A stretch of DNA of 64,000 bases from Chrysemys picta bellii (taxonomy: Eukaryota), in contig NC_088803.1 in the NCBI RefSeq assembly GCF_011386835.1, forward strand, positions 124,001-188,000. The letters are read 5' to 3'. The notes under the pieces are model-generated. The model made no database searches. It saw nothing but the letters and a program-made list of their open reading frames with translations, and was not told the origin of the DNA. The number at the start of each line of letters is the position of its first letter. Position 1 is the first letter of the stretch. The position numbers and the translations under genes are program-made. This document shows, piece after piece, positions 27,135-39,100 of this stretch.

Positions 27135-30100
27135 CTACTTCTCCGCCTTGCCTTGGCTCTCTGGGACAGCATCCCCTGCAGCTGGAAGTCCTCCTGCCAG
27201 CTTCTCCTTGGCTTCAGTGGGGGCCGCCTTGCTGGGCGCGGTGGCTGGGCCAAAAAGTACAGGGGTTGCAGTAGAGGAGGAGGGGGTGACGGTGACAGGG
27301 GGGCCCCGGCAGGTCTTGGCGGCCAGGCCCCCCCCTGCGATGAAGGCTGTGTACTGGTTCCAGAAGGACAGGGGCCCCACCAGTTGGGTTGGCACATCCC
27401 GCGCCAGGAACTCCTGCAGCTTTGCTGCGCCTCCTGGTGCTGCTGGGGCCTCTGGGACCAGACCCCGGCCACGCCGTGCTGTGCTGCAGCTCCACACTGT
27501 GCTGCCCAGAGGAACCTGCCACAGGGACAGAGACAGACAGGGGAGCCCATTACATCTCAAGGGAGACCCTGTGTAAAGGCAAGGGCAGATGGGGGAGGTT
27601 CGAGCAGGGAGAGAGGCAGGGGACAGGCTCGGGGAGTGGATGGAAGGAGCAGGGGCTCCCTTACCTGGTGGTGGGCTGCCAGGGCGTGCTTACGCAGCGC
27701 TGCCCCGTCGGGGAATCCCTCCTTGCAGACTCCACAGGCCAGCGCCACCCCCTCTTTGGCCTGGCTGGCCCGTGGCTCCTCGGCTCCAGCCCCTGCTGCC
27801 CCCTCCTCCTCTTCCTCCTGTGCTCTGTCTCCTCCTCCCGCTGCCTTCTGGGTGCTGGGGTCCCCTTCTCCCTCCATGGCGGGTAGGGGGCTCCCTCCCC
27901 CAGGAGGCGAGGCGCTAGGATCAGCTGCTCCCCCCACCTCTAGCTTCCCAGCATCCTCCTCTTCCTTGGCATGAGCCGGGGCTGCTTCCTCCTCCGGGCT
28001 GGATGCCCCCTCCGAGCCCCCCAGGGCCTTCTCTGTGCTGCTGTCAAGTGAGTCCTCATCGCTGCCTTCCTCCTCCTCCTCCTCCTCATCCGACAGCTCC
28101 TCCTCGTCCCTCTGCGGGGCGGGGCCCTCGGGCTGGCGGGGGCCCTCCCCCGGGGCAGCAGGGGGCTCGGGCAGCAGGGCCCCATTGGGGATCTGGCCCC
28201 CGAGGTGCATGCGGACGTGTTGCTGGAGGCTGACGGCATTGGTGAACTTCTTCTGGCAGATGGGGCAGGAGTTCTGGGCTCGGGCGGCCGGGCTGGCCTT
28301 GTGGCCCACGAAGTGCGCCCGCAGGTTGCCCCGGGTGGAGAAGGCCCGGCCACACACCTTGCACTTGAAGGGCCGCTCCCCGCCGTGCTGCCCGTAGTGG
28401 AGGCGCAGTGCCCGGGGGCAGCTCAGCACCCGCAGGCAGATCACGCACTGGTTGGGCCCCGAGGAGGAAGAGGGCGGCGAGGAGGCCAAGGGAGCCGCTG
28501 GGCCGGCTCCGGGTGAGGCCCCCTGTCGGTCGATCTTCTCCACCAGCTGCTGCAGCTTGGAGGTCTCTGAGGGGGAGGCTCCCAGCGGCTCCAGCACGTA
28601 GGGGAAGGGGAAGCCGGTGCTGCCTGCCTTGAAGTGGTTGGCCAGCAGGGCCCAGCTGGGCAGCTTGCCCAGGGGCACCCGGGCTCCTTCTGCTTCCCTC
28701 CCTGGCGGCGTGTTCTCGTCCCCCTTGCCACGCCCCTCGGCTGCTTTCATCAGCACTAGCTTGTTGAAGATGGGCAGGGTCGGAGCGGCAGCCGCACCCC
28801 CGGCCGCGGTGCCCGAGAGCAGCGTCAGACTCTCAGTGGCGCTCAGCCCCTTGCGCTCTGGGGGAGCCGCTTCCTCGCCCGGCTCGGCCTTCTCGGGCGG
28901 TACCGACATGCCGTAGGGCAGCCCGGCGCCGGTCAGCACGTAGTCGAGGTGCTCAGGGACTGGGTGGGGGTTCATCTGGACATGTGGGTACTTCTCCCGG
29001 TGCCGGTGGAAGTGCACCTTGAGGTTCCCCCGGGTGGTGAAGCGGTTGCCGCAGACGTTGCACTTGTAGGGGCGCTCGCCCGTGTGGGAGCGCAGGTGGA
29101 TCTGCAGGGCACTGTCGCTCCCGAAGACCTTGGCGCAGAAGCGGCACTTGTGCCGACCCCCTGGCTTTTCCTCCAGCCCCGGTTCGGTCCCCCCGGCCCC
29201 GTTCTTCTGCCGCAGCAGCCCTGGGGAGGTGGCCTGCTCCAGGCCCCGTGCCGCCCCCAGACACTGGGCGGCCAGGAGCCCCGTGGAGGGGAACGCCGGG
29301 GCCAGGATGGGCTCCGCTTTGGGGCCCCTGGCGCTGCCAGGGAAGGGGTGGTAGAGGTGGAAGAAGGTGGGCTTGGGCACCTCTGGGGAGCCCGACACCT
29401 GGGTCCTCACCGGCTCGGACTTGATGGAGAAGACAGGCAAGGGGGCCTTGGGCTGGTGGGAGGCCCCTGGGGCTGGCTCTGGGGCGGGGGCCGAGGTGGC
29501 CGACTGCCCCAGGGAGCCCAGCAACAGCACCTGCCGGCAGATCTCCTCCGTCATCTGCATCTGGTGCAGCTGGCGCTGCTGGAGCACCCGCAGCTCCTCC
29601 AGGATCAGGGGGATGTTGAGGTGCCCGGAGTGGGGGGGGGCAGCTGGCGGAGCCAGGGGCAGTGGCGGCGGAGGAGGGGGGCGGCTCCGGGGCCAAGGGG
29701 TTGCTGGCCGGAGGAGCCATCTCTGTCTCCATGCCCGGGGGGCTGTCGGGCCGGGGCTCCGAGGAGGAGGAGGAGGAGGAGGAGGAAGAGCCAGCGCTGT
29801 CTTGCCCGTTGGCTGAGGAGGAGGAGGAGGGAGGGGGCTGGTTGGGGTGACAGGTGTCCCGGTGGGCAGCCAGCTCCGTGGGGCAGGACAGGGCTGCCTC
29901 GTCACTTGTGTCCCCTGTGGAGAGAGAGAGACAGAGGGTCAGACCTTGGGGGAGGGCAATGCCAGGGGAGCCCCCAGCACCCCAGAGCTACTGCAGCTCC
30001 CCCAAACCATAGGGGAACCAGAGACATCTCCCATATCTATAGGGGGTGTCCCTACATCCCCCCAAAGCTATAGGGGGCAGAGGAGCCTGTTCCCCTCAAG

Positions 30101-33100
30101 GCTGCATAAGGGCTGGGGAGATGCCTCCCACCAGTCCCCTCCATGCAGTCCTCCCCCTTCCCCGCTCGGAAATCTGCCCGGAACACCGTGCCCAGCTGAC
30201 TTTCCCCGCATGGGGCCCCCTGACTCCATGCACCCCCACCCCACACCGGCACAAGAGAGTCCGGGGAGGGGGGGTCAGGTCCCAGGCTGAGAGGGAGACA
30301 GTGCAGGATTCTCCTTTCCCCAGCGTGTAAATCAGGAGTAACCCCATTGGGACACATGAGACATATGGACAGACTGACAGATGGCACAGGGGAGGGATGG
30401 ACAGACAGACAGACTGAGGGTGCAGGATATGGACGGACAGACAGACAGAAAGGTGCAGGGGACAATCAGACACAGAGGGTGCAGGGGAGGTAGGGCTGGA
30501 CAGACATGGGCACACGGATGCACAGACAGACAGAGGGTGCACGGGATGGACAGACAGAGGCTGCAGGGGTCAGACAGACACTCGGTGCAGGGGAGGGAGG
30601 GATGGACAGACAGACATAGGGGCACAGGGGAGGCACGGACAGACAGAAAGGTGCAGGGAACAGACAGACACACACAGGGTGTAGGGGATGGATGGACGGA
30701 CGGGCGCAGGGAACACACGGACAGACAGAAAGGTGCAGGGGACAGACAGACACACAGAGGCTGCAGGGGACGCACGGACAGACACAGGGGGTGTAGGGGA
30801 TGGACAGACACGCAGAGGCTGCAGGATGCGGACGGACAGGGGCGCATGGACGCACGGACAGACAGACAGACAGAAAGGTGCAGGACGCGGGCGGACGGAC
30901 AGGGGCTCATGGACAGACAGAGGGTGCAGGTAATACGCGGATGGACAGACAGAAAGGTGCAGGGGACAGACAGACACGCAGAGGCTGCAGGGGTGGTAGG
31001 GATGGACAGACATGGGCGCACGGATGCACAGACGGACAGAGGGTGCATGGACGCACGGACAGAGGCCGGACGAGCCGCCCCCCTTCGGGCGGCGGAGGAG
31101 GCCCGGGACCGGTCCCAGCCGGGCGGGCCGAGGGGCAGTACCGCACCTGCGGGCTCCGCCATGGCCCGTGTCCCCGGGCGCTGGAGCTGCGGGCGCGGGG
31201 CGGTCCGGGCGCGGGGCCTGCGCACTCCGGGCAGAGGAGAAGGAGGATGCGGGGGGAGGAAGCAGGAGGAGGGAGCGGATGCAGGGAGGAGCCGGAGCGG
31301 ATCCGACCCGCCGGGGCTGCAGGGACCTCTGGTGTCCGGAGTCCGGGGCGGCGAGCCCGGGGCCGGAGCTGCGGGCGCCCCGACGCACAGGGGTCCCGCT
31401 CCGTGTGGAGTCCAGCCGGGATCCCTGCGCCCCGATCCCAGCCGGGGGTCCCTGCGCCCCGACGCCCGGGGGGTCCCCAAGCTCCAAGCCCAGACGTGGG
31501 TCCCTGTGCCTCAAATCCAGCCAGGGGTCCCTGCGCCCTCATATACGGGGGGGGGGGGGGGGGAGGTGTCCCTGCACCCTGTAGATCCCAGCTGCGGGTC
31601 CCTGCCCCTCCTAAAGAACCGGGATCCCTGCTCCCTGATACTCCCCCATGCCCAGGGCAGCTGCACCCAGGGCACACTAGTACTGAACAACGGCTGACTT
31701 CCTCGCTTTTACCCTATAATCATACAATAAACCAACGGGCACATCAGTATTGTACCCACATTTCCGTCTGTAGCATAGAGAGCAGCCCAGACAAGTCATT
31801 GTACGCTAGCTTAGTTTGTACTGACTTCCATAGGCGCCTTCTGCAGCCTGTTGTACAACTAGGCTGATCTCTGGCTGAGCTGACGTACCCCCTGGAAGAG
31901 CTGTGTACCCCCGGGGCTCCAAGCACTGCCTGAGGCCAAGCCAGCAGGTGTGGGGCTAACCTGGAGACCCAGAAGCTGGGTGAACTTCACACAGGTTTAC
32001 ACCAGCCCGGGATCCAGCCCCGCTGGTTCCGGAGCAGCAGGAGTCAGGGTACACAGTGGGGGCTTCAGGCCTGCGGGGCCCTGCTGCTTGGCACCAGACA
32101 GACACAGGGGCAGCCGGACTGGGGGGGCTGTCCCTGACATGTTTGCTCTGACCAGCCGCCCCACCAGGGAGCTCCGGCCCGTTTCTCTGGCTCCCTCGGC
32201 CGCAGCCAAAGTCCCAAAAAGAAAAAAACCCCAAACTCAACAGAAGAGAAGATTTCCAGGGCTCACAGGGTTACCTAGCAACCGCACAAAGGGTCCCGAG
32301 GGGGCTGGGAAAGGACCGGCGCTGCACAGAGTGGGGAAGAGACAGACGGACGGACAGATGGTGTATGGAGATGGGTGGGTGGGTGGATGGATGGATGGAC
32401 AGGTAGAAAAGTGTGTAGGAGACTACAGACTTATAGATTGGGAGCATGGGGATATATAGAGGAGGGGTGTGTATGGGGCTAAATAGATGAGGGGGTGCAG
32501 GGGACAGATGAGGGGGTGCAGGGGGATACATAGCTAGATGGGGTGCCGGAGGACAGAGGAGGGGGTTCAGGTGACAGATGAGGGGGTGCAGGGGGATACA
32601 TAGCTAGATGGGGTGCCGGAGGACAGAGGAGGGGGTTCAGGTGACAGATGAGGGGATGCAGGGGGATACATAGCTAGATGGGGTTCTAGAGGACAGATGA
32701 GGGGGTGCAGGAGAAGATGAAGGGGTGCCAGGGGATACATAGATGAGGGGTGGGGAGCAACATAAGAGGGGGGCAAGGGGGATATACAGAAGAGGGGGTG
32801 AAGAGAACAGATGAGAGGTCCATAGCTAGATGGGGTGGAGGGGACAGATGAGGGGGTTCAGGGGACAGATGCGGGGTGCAGGACAGATGAGGAGGTGCGG
32901 GGGATACATAGCTAGATGGGGTGCAGGGGACAGAGGAGAAGGTGCTGGGAACGGGACAGAGCAGAGGGTTCAGGGGACAGAGGACAGACGTGGAGTGCAG
33001 GGGACAGGTGCGGGGGTGCAGGGGATACATAGCTAGATGGGGTGCAGGGGACAGAGAAGGGGGTGCTGGAGACAGGGGACAGAGGAGGGGGTTCAGGGGA

Positions 33101-36100
33101 CAGAGGATGGGTTCAGGGGACAGAAGACGGGTGCAGGGGATACATAGCTAGATTGGATGCCGGAGGACCCATGAGGGGGTGCAGGGGACAGATGAGGGGT
33201 TCAGGGGAGAGATGAGGGGGTGCAGGGGAGAGATAGCTAGATGCGGTGCAGGGGACAGATGTGGGGTGCAGGGGACAGGGGACAGATGAGGGGTTCAGGG
33301 GCAGATGAGGGATGCAGGGGACAGATGCAGCGGTTCAGATGACAGATGAGGGGGTTCAGGTGACAGGGGAAAGAGGAGGGGTGCAGGAGACAGAGGAGGG
33401 GTGAAGGGGACAGATGCGAGGGGCAGAGGAGAGATGCGGGGTGTAGGGGATACATAGCTAGATGGGTGCCAGAGGACTGAAGAGGGGGTGTCAGGGGAGA
33501 GATGAGGGGTGTAGGGGCTACATAGCTAGATGGGGTGCTGGAAGACTGATGAGGGGGTTCAGGGGACAGAGGAGGGGTCCAAGGGAGAGGGGCAGAGGAG
33601 GGGTGCAGGGGAGAGATGAGGGATGCAGGGGATACATAGCTAGATGGGGTGCCGGAGGACCCATGCGGGGGTTCAGGGGAGAGATGCGGGGAGCAGGGAA
33701 CAGAGGAGGGGTGCAGGGGATACATAGCTAAATGGGTGCAGGAGGACGCATGTGGGGGTGTCAGGAGACAGATACGGAGTGCAGGAGGAGATGAGTGGTA
33801 CAGGGGATACATAGCTAGATGTGGGGGCCGGACAACCCATGAAGGGGTTCAGGGGACAGATGCGAGGTGCAGGGGATACAGAGCAAGATGGGTGCCGGAG
33901 GACCAATGAGGGGGTTCAGGGGAGAGATGCGGGGTGCAGGGGAGAGATGAAGGGTGCAGGGGATTCATAGCTAGATGGGTGCCGAAGGACCTATGAGGGG
34001 GTTCAGGGGAGAGATGCGGGGTGAAGGGGACAGATGAGGGGTGCAGGGGATACATAGCTAGATGGGTGCCAGAGGACCCATGAGGGGGTTCAGAGGACAG
34101 ATGCGGGAGCAGGGGATAGATGCGGGGTGCAGTGGAGAGAGATGAGGGGTGCAGGGGATACATAGATAAATGGGTGCCGGAGGACCCATGAGGGAGTGTC
34201 AGGGGAGAGATAAGGGGTGCAGGGGAGAGATAGCTAGATGGGGTGCCAGAGGACTGATGAGGGGGTTCAGGGGAGAGATGCGGGGTGCAGAGGAGAGATG
34301 AGGGGTGCAGGTGCTACATAGCTAGATGGGGTGCTGGAGGACTGATGAAGGGGTTCAGGGTACAGAGGAGCGGTGCAGGGGACAGATGCAGGGTGAAGGG
34401 GACAGATGGGGGTACAGGGGAGAGATGTGGGGTTCAGGGGATACATAGCTTGCTGGCTGCCGGAGGACCCATGAGGGGGTGTCAGGGGACAGATGCAGGG
34501 AGCAGGGGGGAGATGAGGGTGCAGGGGATACATAGTTAGACGGCTTGCCGGAGCACTGATGAGGGGGTTCAGGAGAGAGATGAGGGGTGCAGGGGATACA
34601 TAGCTAGATGGCGTGCCGGAGGACTGATGAGGGGGTTCAGGGGAGAGAGGGGACAGATGAGGGGTGCAGGGGATACATAGCTAGATGGGTACCAGAGGAC
34701 CCATGAGGGGGTTCAGAGGACAGATGCGGGAGCAGGGGATAGATGTGCGGTGCAGGGGAGAGAGATGAGGGGTGCAGGGGATATATATCTAGATGGGCTG
34801 CCGGAGGACCGATGAGGGGGTTCAGGGAACAGATGCGGGGTGCAGGGGATAGATACAGGGTACAGAGGAGGGGTGCAGGGAATAGGGGACAGATGCAGGT
34901 TGAAGGGGACAGATGCAGGGAGCAGAGGAGGGGTGCGGGGTGCAGGGGATACATAGCTAGATGAGTGCCGGAGGACCCATGAGGTTGTGTCGGGAGACAG
35001 ATGCAGGGTGTAGGGGGAGAAGAGAGGTACAGGGGAGAGATGCGGGGTGCAGGGGACAGAGGAGGGGTGCAGGGGATACATAGCTAGATGGGGTGCTGGA
35101 GGACTGATGAGGGGGTTCAGGGGACAGATGCAGGGAGCAGGGGACAGAGGAGGGTTTAGGGGATATATAGCTAGATGGGGTGCCGGAGGACCCATGAGGG
35201 GGTTCAGGGGAGTGATATGGGGTACAGGGGACAGAGGAGGGGTGCAGGGGATACATAGCTAGATGGGTGCCGGAGGATCCATGAGGGAGTGTCGGGGGAC
35301 AGATGCAGGGTGTGGGGGGAGAAGAGGGGTACAGGGGAGAGATGCGGGGTGCAGGGGACAGAGGAGGGGTGCAGGGGATACATAGCGAGATGGGCGCCGG
35401 AGGACCCATGAGGGAGTGTCGGGGGACAGATGCAGGGTGCAGGGGAGAGATGAGGGGTGCAGGGGAGAAATAGCTAGATGGGGTGCCGGAGGACTGCTGA
35501 GGGGTTTCCGGGGACAGAGGAGGGGTTGAGGGGAGAGATGCGCGGTGCAGGGGATTCATAGTTACTGTATGCCGGAGGACCCATGAGGGGGTGTCAGTTG
35601 ACAGATGCTGGGTGCAGGGGGAGATGAGGGGTACAGGGGATACATAGATAGATGGGGTGCCGGAGGACCCATGAGGGAGTTCAGGGGGGTGATGCGGGGT
35701 GCAGGGGACAGAGGAGGGGTGCAGGGGATACATAGCTAGATGGGTGCTGGAGGACCCATGAGGTTGTGTCGGGAGACAGATGCGGGGTACAGGGGGAGAA
35801 GAGGGGTGCAGGAGAGAGATGTGGGTTCCAGGGGTTACCTAGCTAGATGGAGTGCCAGAGGACTGATGAGGGGTTTCAGGGGACAGATGCAGGGTGCAGG
35901 GGAGAGATGTGGGTTGCAGGGGATACATAGCTAGATGGGTGCCAGAGTACCCATGAGGGGGTGTCGGGAGACAGATGTGGGGTGGAGGGGGAGATGAGGG
36001 GTACAGGGGATACATAGCTAGATGGGTGCCGGAGGACCCATGAGGGGGTTCAGGGGACAGATGCGCGGCGCAGGGGAGAGATGCTGGGTGCAGTGAATAC

Positions 36101-39100
36101 ATAGCTAGATGGGTGCCGGATGACCCATGAGGGGGTGTCGGGAGAGAGATGTGTGGTGCAGGGAGAGATGAGGGGTACAGGGGATACATAGCTAGATGGG
36201 GTGCCGGAGGACCGATGAGGGGGTTCAGGGGACAGATGCGGGGTGCAGGGGAGAGATGAGAGGAGCAGGGGAGAGATGAGGGGTGCAGGTGATACGTAGC
36301 TAGATGGGGTGCCAGAGGACTGATGAGGGGGTTCAGGGGATAGATGCGAGGAGCAGGGGAGAGATGAGGGGTGCAGGGGATACATAGGTAGATGGGGTGC
36401 CAGAGGACCCATGACGGGGTTCACGGGACAGATGCGGGGTGCAAGGGAGAGATGAGGGATGCAGGGGATACATGGCTAGATGGGTGCCAGAAGACCCATG
36501 AGGGGGTTCAGAGGACAGATGCGGGGTGCGGGGAGAGATGAGGGGTGCAGGGGATACATAGCTAGATGGGGTGCCAGAGGAGATATGAGGGGTGTCAGGG
36601 GAGAGATGAGGTGTGCAGGGGAGAGAGGAGGGGTGCAGGGGAGAGAGGAGGGGAGAAGGGGATGGGGGACAGATGCAGGGTGAAGGGGACAGATGCGGGG
36701 TGCAGGGGAGAGATGTGGGGGGAGGGGATACCTAGCTAGATGGGGTGCCGGAGGACCGATGAGGGGGTTCAGGGGACAGATGCGGGGTGCAGGGGAGAGA
36801 TGCGGGTACAGGGGAAAGTTGAGGGCTGCAGGGGATACATAGCTAGATGGAATGCCGGAGGACCGATGAGGGGGTGTCAGGGGACAGATGCGGTGTGCAG
36901 GGGAGAGATGATGGGTGCAGGGGAGATATAGCTAGATGGGGTGCCGGAGGATTGATGAAGGGGTTCAGGGGAGAGATGCAGGGTGAAGGGGAGAGATGAA
37001 CTGTGAAGGGCACAGGGGACAGATGTGGGGTGAAGGGGACAGATGAGGGGTTCAGGGGAGGGGGCAGAGGAGGGGTGCAGGGAAGAGATGAGGTTGTGCA
37101 GGCAAGAGATGAGTGGTGCAGGGTACAGAGGAGGGGTGCAGGGAATAGGGGACAGATGCAGGTTGAAGGGGATAGATACGGGGAGCAGAGGACAGATGCG
37201 GGGTGCAGGGGATAGATGCGAGGTGCAGGGGACACAGGAGGGGTTTTGGGGATATATAGCTAGATGGGGTGCCGGAGGACCCATGAGGGGGTTCAGGGGA
37301 TTGATATGGGGTGCCGGGGACAGAGGAGGGGTGCAGGGGATACATAGCCAGAGGACCCATGAGGTTGTGTCTGGAGACAGATGCGGGGTGCAGGGAGAGA
37401 AGAGGGGTACAGGGGAGAGAAGAGTGGTGCAGGGGACAGAGACGGGGTGCAGGTGATAGGGGACAGATGCAGGTTGAAGGGGATAGATACGGGGAGCAGA
37501 GGACAGATGAGGGGTACAGGGGATACATAGCTAGATGGGTGCCGGAGGACCCATGAGGGGGTTCAGGGGACAGATGCGCGGCGCAGGGGAGAGATGCTGG
37601 GTGCAGTGGATACATAGCTAGATGGGTGCCGGATGACCCATGAGGGGGTGTCGGGAGAGAGATGTGTGGTGCAGGGAGAGATGAGGGGTACAGGGGATAC
37701 ATAGCTAGATGGGGTGCCGGAAGACCGATGAGGGGGTTCAGGGGACAGATGCGGGGTGCAGGGGAGAGATGAGAGGAGCAGGGGAGAGATGAGGGGTGCA
37801 GGTGATACGTAGCTAGATGGGGTGCCAGAGGACTGATGAGGGGGTTCAGGGGATAGATGCGAGGTGCAGGGGAGAGATGAGGGGTGCAGGGGATACATAG
37901 GTAGATGGGGTGCCAGAGGACCCATGACGGGGTTCACGGGACAGATGCGGGGTGCAAGGGAGAGATGAGGGGTGCAGGGGATACATAGCTAGATGGGGTG
38001 CCAGAGGAGATATGAGGGGTGTCAGGGGAGAGATGAGGTGTGCAGGGGAGAGAGGAGGGGTGCAGGGGAGAGAGGAGGGGAGAAGGGGATGGGGGACAGA
38101 TGCAGGGTGAAGGGGACAGATGCGGGGTGCAGGGGAGAGATGTGGGGGGAGGGGATACCTAGCTAGATGGGGTGCCGGAGGACCAATGAGGGGGTTCAGG
38201 GGACAGATGCGGTGTGCAGGGGAGAGATGATGGGTGCAGGGGAGATATAGCTAGATGGGGTGCCGGAGGACTGATGAAGGGGTTCAGGGGAGAGATGCAG
38301 GGTGAAGGGGAGAGATGAACTGTGAAGGGCACAGGGGACAGATGTGGGGTGAAGGGGACAGATGAGGGGTTCAGGGGAGGGGGCAGAGGAGGGGTGCAGG
38401 GAAGAGATGAGGTTGTGCAGGCGAGAGATGAGTGGTGCAGGGTACAGAGGAGGGGTGCAGGGAATAGGGGACAGATGCAGGTTGAAGGGGATAGATACGG
38501 GGAGCAGAGGACAGATGCGGGGTGCAGGGGATAGATGCGAGGTGCAGGGGACAGAGGGGGGGTTTAGGGGATATATAGCTAGATGGAGTGCCGGAGGACC
38601 CATGAGGGGGTTCAGGGGATTGATATGGGGTGCCGGGGACAGAGGAGGGGTGCAGGGGATACATAGCCAGAGGACCCATGAGGTTGTGTCTGGAGACAGA
38701 TGCGGGGTGCAGGGAGAGAAGAGGGGTACAGGGGAGAGAAGAGTGGTGCAGGGGACAGAGACGGGGTGCAGGTGATACATAGCTAGATGGGTGCCGGAGG
38801 ACCCATGAGGTTGTCGGGAGACAGATGCGGGGTGTAGGGGGAAAAGAGGGGTACAGGGGAGAGATGCGGGGTGCAGGGGACAGAGGAGGGGAGCCGGGGA
38901 TAAATAGCTAGATGGGCGCCGGAGGACCCATGAGGGAGTGTTGGGGGACAGATGTGGGGTGCAGGGGAGAGATGAGGGGTGCAGGGGAGATATAGCTAGA
39001 TGGGGTGCTGGAGGACTGCTGAGGGGGTTCAGGGGACAGAGGAGGGGTTCAGGGGAGAGATGAGGAGTGAAGGGGACAGATGAGGGGTGAAGGGCACAGG

